Source: Convolutriloba macropyga
Lineage: Eukaryota
Reading direction: 5' to 3'
Assembly: GCF_964194025.1 (NCBI RefSeq)
Contig: NW_027453588.1
Coordinates: 1-64,000 of the forward strand
DNA: 64,000 bases
Shown: positions 38,641 through 50,229 of the stretch, piece by piece
Position numbering within the stretch: the stretch's first letter is position 1
Layout: each line of letters opens with the position of its first letter
Program-made: the position numbers and the translations under genes
Notes under the pieces: generated by a model
The model's input: only the letters and a program-made list of their open reading frames with translations
Database searches by the model: none
Told to the model about the DNA's origin: nothing

Positions 38641-41175
38641 GTTTTCTTGTCAAATTATCGTATTATTGACAAGTCCAATTAAAGGAAAACATAGTAGGGA
38701 AAAAGCATAGCGTTAGAAAAAAGTGTATCTGATTTTTAAATTGCTTTTGATATATAGTGTATGCTTTTTGGGCTGAGAAAAATTTACCACGCAAAATTGT
38801 GTGGATTTTTTTGTTTTTGCCTATGTTTTTCTTTCTTTTTGTTGCTATACGCCATATACCTAATATTAATAGATCTCGATTGCATCCCTTGGACGTAAAA
38901 TTCAACTTAATTAAAGATTTCAGTTCACAGCTGTTTGTTTTAAAGACTTTAAAATTGAAATAATAGAAAAAAATTTCAACTGTTTCATTTTTGCTTTCAT
39001 TTTCGTAACCGTGTAGCTCAACCTCACTTATTAGAAGTCTCAATTACTTTTTTTTATTCAAACAATTTTTTGCGCTGGATTATACGTTGCGACTGATTGC
39101 TTCGCACATTAATTTCATAAAAATTTTTAGGCTTTTATACTGTTCATTTTCTGGGTCTTTTCTGTTGTCATGTCTACGTAATCCTTTTATAAGGAAGACT
39201 TATTGATGCTAAAAAGAAGACAAAGTGAGAATTTACAGTTCTTGCAGGTAACATCTCATATTTATAGTGCCTTGAAGAGTGTGATCTCGTAAAATTGTTT
39301 CAGGTTTTGGCTTCTTCCTATAATTTTCATTTCGTAAGGTCGTGACTTAGTGTCATTTTTAACAGGCCCAATTGGCTTCCTTAGGTATTGCAACCCAATC
39401 CATAGCTGTTTGTTGAAATCTTAAGTTAGTCTGTTATGACTTTTAAAAATTTTTGGTTTTCAGAAAAATAATTGGGTTTTTGAGCTTCGTCATTTTCTTA
39501 AATAACTTTTCGGTCGGTTAATAGCTCAGTCTCTGTAAACACGGGTCACAACCCGTTTCCAGTGACTTATAATTTAATCTCTATAACGGTTTTAGCTTCA
39601 AACGTTTGTTTCTTGGCTTTGTTATTACTCTTACTATGAGATTTGATAAAACATTTGAGATTTTTTTAATTTGTGAATTTTATATTATTTTTGTTTTCTT
39701 TTTGATTTAAAACAATAATCGTAGGTAACAATTGGCTTTGAAATTTTGCGTAATTGAACTTTGGATAATGACATGTCTCAATTGCTTCATATGGAGATAT
39801 AAATGAACATTTTAGGGATTTCATCGAAATTATTTCTTTTCAAGAAAAGAAACGTATTTTTGAGCTTCGCTCATCTTTGCTCTTTTTGTCGACCTATTAA
39901 CGTGTCGCATTGAGGACAGATCCAATATTTTTTCTAATGATGTATAGGTTGAAATGTGTTTTTAGGTTTTATCTGATGCGAGTTTGATTTTGGTGTAATT
40001 TTATTATTATAGAAATCGAGTTTTGGTGGTTAGCAATATTTGTTGTTTGATATTTATTATTGTCCTTTCTAGCAGTCCTGTTATCAATAACGTTAATCGG
40101 CCCTCTATGGTGACATTATTGTATTCCATTGGTTGTATATGGAGCGATATGTATGGTTTTGAAAGTTTTCTATCTCTTCATCATTTGGTAGCCAATTAAA
40201 TCAAGAATGTGGATGAGCGGGGTCGGAACCTTATGTGCGTACGCACATTACCGGGCCTCCTTGTTTACTACGAACTTATCCAACTTTTGATATTTAAACT
40301 TATTTGATCCTCGAGCCCTAGTTATGGGCATGTTTATATGCATAAATTTTCTTTCAGCTTGACATACATTGCCGAAAAGCATAATTGTCTCACAGTGTTC
40401 GAACACTATAAAATTACATCATTAACCGAGACTCCACGCTAAATTGAATATTCTTCGAAAGTTGAGCTGATTTTTCAAAAAAGCTTTTATTTTCAATTGG
40501 ATAATATAACGTCTTACTCTATGATAATTAATTATTTACAGGCTTTATGTATAATCAAACTTTTTTGGTATTGAGCAATATTGTGGTTGTTTTATATCTC
40601 TTCAGTTACTGTCACTTTAAAGTTGAAAAAAGATACGAATCGCAATAAATGTATCAATTTTTCTAATTTAAAAATATTTGTAGCATTGTTATTAATGCAT
40701 GTTGGTAATCAATGAATTTTCTTTATTAAACCCTCAAACCTCTGGTCATTTATTTTCACTTCAATTTAGAAACGTCATTATCTCAGAAAGTTCCAAGATA
40801 ACTTTTGCTGCTGAAAATAATTTTTTGTCAAGACGATCCGATCAAAACTAATATTTGACGAGGTTTTATAGATTATATAAAAATCGCATTCTTTAAGTAG
40901 TTGCGGGAACATAATTTGTTCAAAAGTTTGTTCTACCTTGCTGCTGTTTGAAGCCAATTTTAGCCAAATTTAATTAGTTGGCTAAGAGTTCAATTCAATT
41001 TAATTTTGTTTTATATTCTTCATTTTTGATTCGAACGTAAATCGTATGGCAAAACTGAACTAAATTTCCACTGCTAAGTTATCATAAGTTTTTAAAACGA
41101 GAAAAGTCGAATCATTCTGTAATACTTTATTGTATCAACTAAAAATTTAACTAAAAAGAACTAAATTTACAAAAA

Positions 41176-41896
41176 ATGGCCTTTGATTTTGCCGCAAACA
41201 TTTCTTCACCAAATATAAAGCTGCCTGCACTTTTTAACCGGCTAACTGATTCAATGCTTAATTTTAAATTGAACACTGCAGAAATTTTTAGCTCAATTTT
41301 TGAAGAGGACCCGGAGTGCTTTGCTGGTCACTTGATCGTAGCCGCGTCTCAATTGATTGAAGATTTAAGCGGCGTCAGTCTGGACAAATGTGACGAAATT
41401 TATAAGAAATTGGGGGATAAAGTTACAGATTGGGAGAAGAGATGGTACAATGCCGTTTGCACAATCAGAAATGAATCGGCGAGGAAAGGTTGCAAGATCC
41501 TCATTGACATGCTCTCACTGTATCCCATGGATCTCATAGCTATCCTGATCGGTGAATCGATAATGTCAGCTTCGGTTGATAAACTATTAGTTCGCGATAT
41601 GTTCAGCCGAGTCGTGCCCTATTACGACGCCAATCACCCTTACAAATATTGGGTCGATAGCATGCTCGGGTTCTCATTAATAGAAACATTTTCGACTGAA
41701 CGTGGTGAGCAGATGGTTCTCAAAGCTTTTGATATGGAATCAAAACACCCCTTGACAATTCACAACCTCTGTCACGCTCTAGAATATACTGGAAAAGCGG
41801 AAAAGGCACTGGAGTTGATGGAGGACAACTTGGAATATTATGAGAACACAGCCATGGGAGTGCACAATTGTTTTCACATTGCCTACTTACAGGCAG
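41176..41896 (+). CDS. TTC38: TTC38-like paralog B, exon 1
   Basis: Same length (721 nt) as paralog A exon 1 and same donor context GCAG|GTTTG; TIHNLCHALE, MGVHNCFHIAY. Confidence 0.8.
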
Positions 41897-42747
41897 GTTT
41901 GAACACTTTTATGTTAATTATTATATTTGTAGCTATTAGGGTACTCAAGAGAACCCGGGTTGAGTTTTCAACTCATAATGTAGAGAGTTTTGTTAATTGC
42001 AACGAAAGCATAAGTATTTTCATCACACAACTTATAAAGCGGTTTGAGGTGAATGATTTTTATTCACTACAATTAATAAAAACATAGCAGGACATACATT
42101 TCAAAAGAATTTTCATTGTTTAAACAAAAAATAGACCTATAATGGACTATGGCTGGAGTGGGCAAACCATTTCGAAAACTATTCTATCAAAAAAATTGAA
42201 AAAACAGTAAAAATCGAGCCAAAAATGCCTCATGTGAACAAAAAACCACTAGCAAGAAAGCCAATATTAGCTCATACACAGTTTTACGCTCTACTTAAAA
42301 ATTAAAAAGAAAAAAGTTCACACCGCAAAACCACTCGCTTCTTCATTCAACTTCCTGTTTCGGCGTGACCAAAATCATCACTCCAATTTGACTTCAAAAA
42401 TTATAAAAAAATTTTGAACAGATCTTAACAATGACACCGGAAACGACTCGGAGTATTAAATTGACAAACCTAACTAACATAATCAGCCTCATAACTCTTT
42501 ATGTTAATCAATTTTATACAATAACAGACAAATTAACAATGGAAAAATAACTGACGACAAAAGTTGACAGGGAATTTGATAAAAAATTTCAATGAGAGGA
42601 GCAACTCCAAAACAACTACCTGCAAAAACCATTCGACACAGTTTGTTCTCATGCAACAAACAACTGCCGATTGACAGAAAAAGCGACAAAATAGCTGAAA
42701 TAACTTAAAAACGAACTGATTCAGCAACGATAAATTCTTGCCAAAGA

Positions 42748-42751
<4 letters not shown>

Positions 42752-42797
<46 letters not shown>
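42752..42797. repeat. (TA)n microsatellite in paralog B intron
   Basis: About 23 TA units. Confidence 0.95.
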
Positions 42798-42798
<1 letters not shown>

Positions 42799-42945
42799 CA
42801 AAAATTTCACAACCAAGTTTAAATAAATTTAAATCAAAAGATTTGCCATGCGTTCTAGAGGTACCCGTTTATATAACTGTTGTAGCATATTCAGACCTCG
42901 TTCAGAATACCATCCGATCTGTGAAACACTTTTTTGTTTTTTCAG

Positions 42946-43574
42946 AGTTCGGAAGATTTGACGAAGCGCTAGACATTGTTGAGACTCAAATAATTGACTC
43001 TATTGACAAAATGTCTACACTCAGCGACACATGTGGTCTGTTGTGGTCTATGAAAATGGCCAATCATACTGTGAACAAATCGTCATTCTCAAAACTTCTC
43101 GAGAAAGTTGGCGATAAAATGAACAATCACGGTCCTGCTTTCTTCGCGGCTCATTTTGCGGCTGCAATGATAGGTGCTGAAAAGTATGATACATTGAAGG
43201 CTTTCAAGAAATCGGTCAACACTTTTGTTCAAGATTTCAATCATCATGATGTTGTTAGAAAGTATGAAAACTTTGGGTTTTCAGTCATGGATTCATTTGA
43301 TGCGTATTCTTATCAAGATTATTCAACTGCATTTGCAAAGATCTACGACGTTGCACATGAAATGTTTTCGGCTGGCGGAAGTCAAACTCAACGCGAAATT
43401 TTCAACAAACTAACTTACAGTTGCGTGGAGAAGATGGAAACGGAGGAAATGGATAGGAAATTGTTCGGGTTGCTAAATCAGAAGGCTGCATACAGGGCTC
43501 TTACTCCATCTTCGGAACGAAAATATCAACTGCTCAGTCAAAAATTGTGTTTTAATTTATATGAATGTCAGTGA
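42946..43574 (+). CDS. TTC38: TTC38-like paralog B, exon 2 (joined CDS 449 aa)
   Basis: Acceptor TTTTTTCAG|AG in the same phase as paralog A; EFGRFDEALD, GGSQTQREIF; stop TGA ending 43574. Confidence 0.8.
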
Positions 43575-44409
43575 ATCACAGATATTTTTTACTGAACATC
43601 AAAGTAGGTTAATGCCGCAACTTTGAAGTAAAACTTCAGCTAGTTGGGTAAATTTATGCCAATCTCAGACCATATTTTGAGAATCTAAACATAACACTAA
43701 CTTACCTGGTCAAAAAATCGTCCGATATTAAAATTGTTGAACTCAATTTCGCTGGCCCCTGTCTCAAAATATGTATCACAAAATGAGTATTATCATAAGT
43801 TAGTTATCATATGAACGAACTTACCTTCCCGTTAAACATTATAGAAAGTACTGTGAAAAATTGTTCTGGTCCATAAAATTTTTTTTCTTTATTTGTTGTG
43901 ACACTGGGATTGAGTTCACCAGTTTTACATTGGGATATTGGTAAGTTTCAATGCGTACAATCTGAGTTTTCTAGAAACTTTCAGACTAGATACTACTAGA
44001 AGAATTTTGTAATTGAAGAAACAATTTGAAAATTGTTTTCAGAATATGAAGAAATTGGTGAGGTATCGCGTCAATAGTCAGCATTTTCACTACCCAAAAC
44101 GTCACGATGCCCACGTGCATTTTAAATTTGTATAGCATTGCTATAGGTTTTTCTACGCCAATATATAAAAAATCTAGTTAACAAGGATCGTCGTTATTGT
44201 ATTTTTGTATAAAGTTCAGTACAAGTTCATTTCAACGTTTTTGATTACCAATAAAGCTCTGCTTCAACGCTTTTTTGATTAGGTATGGCTTTCTGAATCC
44301 CAATGGAAACAAACTTGTCGTGGTATAAGTTACAATCTTGTGACTTTGTTAGGCCACATGGTAAATGTTGGTTACAGTTGAAGTAGAAATCCATAGAATA
44401 GAAATGAAT

Positions 44410-45255
44410 CCCTAGTGATGAAAAAATTTTGAATCTTGCAAGAATCTTGCATGAAATCTAATTACTGTTGTATTTTTTATATTAATTTGTATTCGTCTTG
44501 CAAGATTCTTGGAAGATTTTGAATCCGTCTTGTAAGAATCTTGTAGGATTTCGAATGCACATTTTTGTCCTGGTTAGTTGTCTGCTTTCTGTGGTTGGTA
44601 GCGCTGAAATAGATAATCAACTGTCGGAAAATCTAAATCCACTGAAGTCAAGTTCAAACCTGATTTTTTGAGATTCTCTGGTATGATTTTTGTGGTTCTT
44701 CTCTCCTCCTTTTTCATTCCGGGCATGGGACCGGCAGTGAGGGAGTTACTGATATAAGAGAACTGATACAGTACGGTAAAAAATCCGCTCTTACACAGTT
44801 CTTCAAAACAAAAAACGACAAAAGTCAGATTAAATAAATCACTAAATATAAAATATTAAAAATTTTTATTCAAACTTTAGGAATAAACTTGCAAGATTCT
44901 TGCAAGATATGACATTCGAAAGGTATTCAAAAAAAATTCAAATAGAATCCGTTCCGCTGATCAAAAATTTTGGTGAGAGCCAAATCATTTGTTTTTCAGT
45001 TAGTTTTAGCTGCCAAAAATACACAAATAAATTCTAAATTCAAGAATTTGCAAGACTCTTGAAAGATTTTGAATCCGGGCTAAAATTTTTTCCATTGATT
45101 TTGGTTTTGCAACTTGTTTAATAAACAATAGTTTGTCCAAAAGGTGTTTTCTAAATCACTAGTACCCTAATTTACTTTTTTACCTGGAAGAATCTTGCAA
45201 ATTTTGAATTATCTTGCAAGATTCTTTCAAGATTTGAATCCACTCATCACTAGGG
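44410..45255. mobile_element. MITE/foldback-like element, 846 bp
   Basis: Perfect 12 bp TIR CCCTAGTGATGA...TCATCACTAGGG; many internal copies of palindromic TCTTGCAAGA-like motif in both orientations; flanks TGAAT / TTAAT. Confidence 0.75.
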
Positions 45256-45899
45256 TTAATGATACCAAAGGTTATTTACTCGCTGCATCCGTATTTCCGT
45301 TGTTTTTTGGTTGGGTAATTGAGTGACAAGAAGCATTCTATGGCACTCAAATTTCAGGTAATGCTTTAACTGACTGACTCACTTTTGAGCATCTTGGTTG
45401 TTTCAGTCAAATGTCGTAGTCCACATAACATACAGCATAACTAGGATTCAAACATTAACTAGAAATCAAAAAATTGCACCGTAGTGCGAAAAGCCCAATC
45501 TGTTTATATGATTTTGTTTGTCAGGCTGCGTGAACAGATCAGAGATACCACTGTAAAACTATTAGTCTGGTACCTTTCCTTATTTTTTCAATATGGAGTG
45601 TCGAACAGACTTTGTGTCCAAGCCTGAGCATTTTTTTAGGCACCTTAAGCTTGTGTTTCCAACTCAGTCTTCGCTCTTTGGTGTCTCCTGTTGTGTCAGC
45701 GGTCTTGTTTATTATCAAATCTATTGTTAAAAATTAAATGAACGAACAGCGAGCACCCCTGCCCGCCACGCTCCCAAAAATGAAAGTTAAGTTGCAAAAA
45801 TTGTGACTAAAATGCACTATGGTACCAAACTGCATTTCACCGCAAAATTTCTGATTTTAAAGCACAATTCGTTCTTCTTAAGCATGATTTAAACCAAGG

Positions 45900-46990
45900 C
45901 GCAAAAAAGGTTTGAAATTTAGAAGTTTCAACAGAAATATCAATCTTATTTTCTCCGTTTACACAGAAAAGTTGGATGAAACGCTTTGATCTTCCACTCT
46001 TTGACCAGTTGTTACGCTGAGAAATGTCGGATTTTCATCAGCCAATATATAAAAACGACTCAACTTGAAATCAAGATCTAGTGCACAGTATACTTAGTAA
46101 CGTTGCCTACAAAAATCTAAAAAAAGTTAGTCAACGATGATATAAAAACTCCCAAAACCTCACTGGAGCGCTCTAGAGTAAATCATAACGCTTTATTTTG
46201 GTACAATTTCTAGAGGACAAATTTCAAAGAATATGGTGTTCTTACAAGAATTGCTGAAAAAAGTTCAGTTGAATAAGAAAATCAAGTGTTTTGGTTCGAA
46301 ACGGTGTATTAATATACTAAAGAATTCTTTATTTTGGTAGCAGAAAGTGGTTTTTCCTGTTAAATCTGGAGTGCGCATCTTCGGTAACAGAATTGTTCGA
46401 AGTTTTTCAAAGAAATGGTACGAGAATTTTTGAAATTTTTAGTTCGGGCAAACAATCACTTATGTGTTTGTGTGCAAAGCAAGCCCTTGGACGGAAAGTA
46501 TTTGTTAGGTGATCAAAAAAAATTAAAATTTTGAATAATTACGAAGAAGAAAATGCTTTTTCAGGAATTTATTTTTCAACAAGATAAAATTCCGCCGTTT
46601 AAATCAAAGACTATCAGTAATATTTTGCAAGGGAAAAACAAGAGAGTACTTCATTGGCCGGTTTACACTTCAGATCCAAATTCTATGCAAAATTTTTGCG
46701 ATTACTGAAACAGACATTTTTTACGAAAAATTAAGATTAAAATTTGTCAGAAGCTTGGAACAAAATTGACGCAGTTGCTGTGAGAAACCAATATAAAAAC
46801 CATATAGACCACCTTTTAGACGTTAAAAAGCTAAAAATGTAGTGACCTCTTATAAGAGAAGAAATTTGAACTCCAAATGTTGTTTTATTTGTTCTATGTA
46901 ATGCTTTTTAAAAACATTCAGGTGTACATAGCCTTTTGGTTGTATAAACGGTTGTATTAACTTTTAGCTGCATAAACTTTTGGTGTATAA
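45900..46990 (+). mobile_element. Tc1/mariner (Tc1-like) transposase relic; boundaries approximate
   Basis: From 46568: FIFQQDKIPPFKSK..VLHWPVYTSDPNSMQN, matching Tc1 FQQDNAP.H..VL.WP..SPDLNPIEN; many stops; TIRs not resolved. Confidence 0.7.
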
Positions 46991-47218
46991 ACGCTCCCAT
47001 CCAGAAGAGTTTTTCAAATTTTTATAGTAATTAAAAACGAAATGCTAGCAGTAATATTACATTTAGTTTCTGTATAACCCGTATTTGAAGCATTGTATAT
47101 TTTAACACTATTTGAAAGTCTGTGTTAATGATTTGTTTGAAGCACAATAATAGGATAAAAAACCAGTAAACTGCTGACAATATATTCGACTATGGGATGA
47201 TTTGAAAAAGTGAGGTTT

Positions 47219-47490
47219 TCCTAGGTTGAGGTCCTCGTTTATGACGCAGACCGTTTTTGAGCGCACACAGGGGGTACGGTGCGTTCAAAAATACACAGGC
47301 AAGGAATTTTTTTTAACGGGCAACATAAACGCATCAGTACTTACGGTCCAGCCAAAGTCTGCCCCATAGACAAGACAAAAACGGCCCCATAGACGCACCA
47401 ACTCTGCAACATAGACGAGCCACTTTCATCACATACGTGAGCCAAGTTCTCCCAAACAAACGAACAAAACTTTGTCATAGGCAAGCTAAC
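47219..47490 (+). mobile_element. Fragment of a TIR element family with ~21 bp subterminal repeats
   Basis: Starts CCTAGGTTGAGGTCC (like the TIR at 1960/2146), followed by degenerate ..CATAGAC.. tandem units at 47350-47490. Confidence 0.4.
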
Positions 47491-48594
47491 TTAAGTGAAG
47501 GATAAAATGATCCTTAATTTTTTAGTCTCAGCAATGCTTTAATGCTCTAGTCTCTAAGTTCTCAGATCCCGACAAGGCGTTTCAGAACACTGAGTTTATC
47601 AGAATTTCACTTCACAGGAATGGAGTTTGATATAATTGTACGTATATTCATTGATCGTGTGGTACATTGAGCAGTGCAAACCCCTCATTTTATAGTTTTG
47701 CCATTCACTTTAGATCTGATTTAATCTTCATTTATTTGTTGACTTGATCTCTAAAATTTTACTACTTTATTTGAACCAAATTTAGAAACCCGTCACCAAC
47801 TTGTAATTGCATGTTTAATTGCAAGTTATCACATGATACATGATTAATTGTCTGAGGCGGAAGAAAATTTTAAATTTGTTCATCTCTTCTAAATTTGTTT
47901 ACCCAGTTGTCAGACAATTCGTGAGAAAACGTAATCTAAATTCCAGTTGAAACTTGTAAATTGACCATAAATCGTATCCTCAGTTTTCAATTAAATATTC
48001 AGTTGATTTTCTTATGTGTAAAATTCATCCAGCAGATCCTGGTTTAAATTTCTAATAAAGTATACCTGTTTTAACTAGTTAACCAAACAACCAGAATTTG
48101 CGTTCTAACAAGAACGAATTGAGCAACACCTCGGAAGACACTACTTTCTATTGAGCCCTTCGTGTAACGAACAAATTCAGAGCCACAAATACGATAGGAG
48201 AAATAGAGGATTTAGTTGAGACTGGCAGCTCTGGATGGGAAAAACATAGTCAAACTGTCACCCGAGCCCCAAATTGTGAATCCAAATAAATATCCGACAA
48301 AAAAGTGGCAGACAAATAAGTCAAAGTCAACTGAAGCTACAAGGGGACCATAAATCCCACCAAATCTCAAGAAATTTAAATCCTGCGTGGAGAGTGCCAA
48401 TAGGCTTTATGGGATCAAAAATTTGTTGTGCTTCGAAAAATTTCCATCTGTTTCGATTTTGTTTTGTTTTTGGGAGAAAACTTTATAGCAATCCAAAATT
48501 ACAATTCCCATTTTCCTAAAGGAGTTTTTCAATAATGCTCTGTTTTTCAGATGACCTTGTGGGGAAGTTTTTGGGTCCGAATTAGTCTCCTTTC

Positions 48595-50116
48595 TGTAGA
48601 ATTTGAAAAAAAAACTGGGGTGGGGGAAATTCCTTATTCAAATCCCAACAATTGTAATTATCTAAATTTTCGCTAAAACAGAGAACTAGAGTAGTGGTAA
48701 CTTCGAGTGCCTATTATCCTAAAATAACAGAAAGGGTTATACCAGGCCCTTCTATTACTCCTAAGATTCAGATTGGAGGCAGTCGTTTGTATTAAACAGT
48801 AATTATAAGGTTCGATTGAGAGTTGTCTAACCTCAGCTAAGACCTAAATATATGGAAAAGAAAACAATTATGAAATAGGTGGCACTATAATTGAGAAGTA
48901 TACCAAGTTCCCATACAACTATTTAATACTAAGAGATCAATCTAAGATCCTAAAACTACTAAGTGTGAAGATGAAGGGAAGCTCGTCGTAGTTCACTCCA
49001 CAACCCAACCAGCCGAGTATTAATCAACTTGAATAGAACACTAAGACATTGCCCATCATGTACTTCAGGCTACTGCAGACCGTGACAATGTCTACCAGGT
49101 TCGCCATTCCATACTACATGGGTTAACTTAGCTCGCCAAGTCGTCAACGATCAGGCAGCCCCGACCTCAGAGTGGCTTTCACTATTCAGTCTCCTAAAGG
49201 AGCGCGGCCGATTAATACTCTCAGAAGCACTCGTCTCGAAAGCGTCTGTAGTTCCCTTCTCCAAGTCCAAGTCCCGGAAATCTTAACTTAACCTAATAGT
49301 GATTGATCTCTGTAAAACCACCTATGTATCCTAAGATAGACATGTTAAGTTCTGGTTTAATGCCAATTTATAACTCTAAGAAATTACTTGACTTAGAAAT
49401 TAAAGATTGCAAAGTTACCACAGACCTTATTCCTAACTAAATCAAAGTTATATTCAACCAAGGTGTATTCTCAAAAAGTCTACTAACTATTTTCTATTTC
49501 TCTATTCGATCTCTGAGTCTACACCGACTCTATCGAATAATCCTAAGAAGTTAGAAAAATCGAAACTAAGGAAAGACTATTACCGCTGAGAATAACGAGG
49601 ATTGTATAATAAGCAGTGAATTAAGAATCAGGAAATTGGGTTAAGAAAACGGCTCAAAAATCAGCCCTATTTATACTCATTATCAGTGCGAAAAATCAAG
49701 ATACAATACTAATCTTAGCACCATGATTTATAGTGGGGGTCGTACGGGATACCGAATATGGTTTACTTCTACAAAATTCCTAGAAATCAGTCGCGAGGAA
49801 TACCATTTATAGAATGCATTTGCATTTTTCTAAGAATTCATTCACACTTCCAGAGATATCAAAATCAGTTAAAACATGCTGAGGAGAATAATCTGATTTT
49901 AATAATAGCTATCTAGAATCATCATTTTGAACCGAATATTGGTTAACAGTACCATTTCTCAAAGATTCATTTATATTAATTTACTCTTGTCTTGATAAAA
50001 CTGGTAAGTTAAATTTTCTATAGTTTGAATCAAGATTAATTTCGGATTCGGTTTATACGGTTCAAATATTAAAGGTTAGTTCAATTTTCTACGTTTCTAA
50101 GTTTCTATATTCTACA
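48595..50116 (-). repeat. Gypsy 3' LTR (1522 bp)
   Basis: Direct repeat of 58805-60325; adjacent to PPT. Confidence 0.95.
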
Positions 50117-50128
50117 CTTCTCCCTCGG
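50117..50128 (-). promoter_or_regulatory. Gypsy polypurine tract
   Basis: Minus strand CCGAGGGAGAAG immediately before the 3' LTR TG. Confidence 0.75.
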
Positions 50129-50229
50129 ACTCAACTATTCACCTGAATAGTTATAATTTACCCCAAGTGATTAGCGCCAATATGTGAGATACAGGGTAAT
50201 ATGAGATTACAAGAAATGTACAACACTCA

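Larger units (their letters stand above)
29020..40265 (+). mobile_element. Non-autonomous Helentron/DINE-1-like element (copy B), interrupted by a BEL/Pao insertion
   Basis: 5' TTTTGTTCCGACCCAC..GGGGAGGAACTGTATAC; ~200 bp core homologous in inverted orientation to 27940-28143; 3' subTIR GGTCGGAAC 40221-40229, perfect palindrome ATGTGCGTACGCACAT 40233-40248, terminal CTTGTT 40260-40265. Confidence 0.7.
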
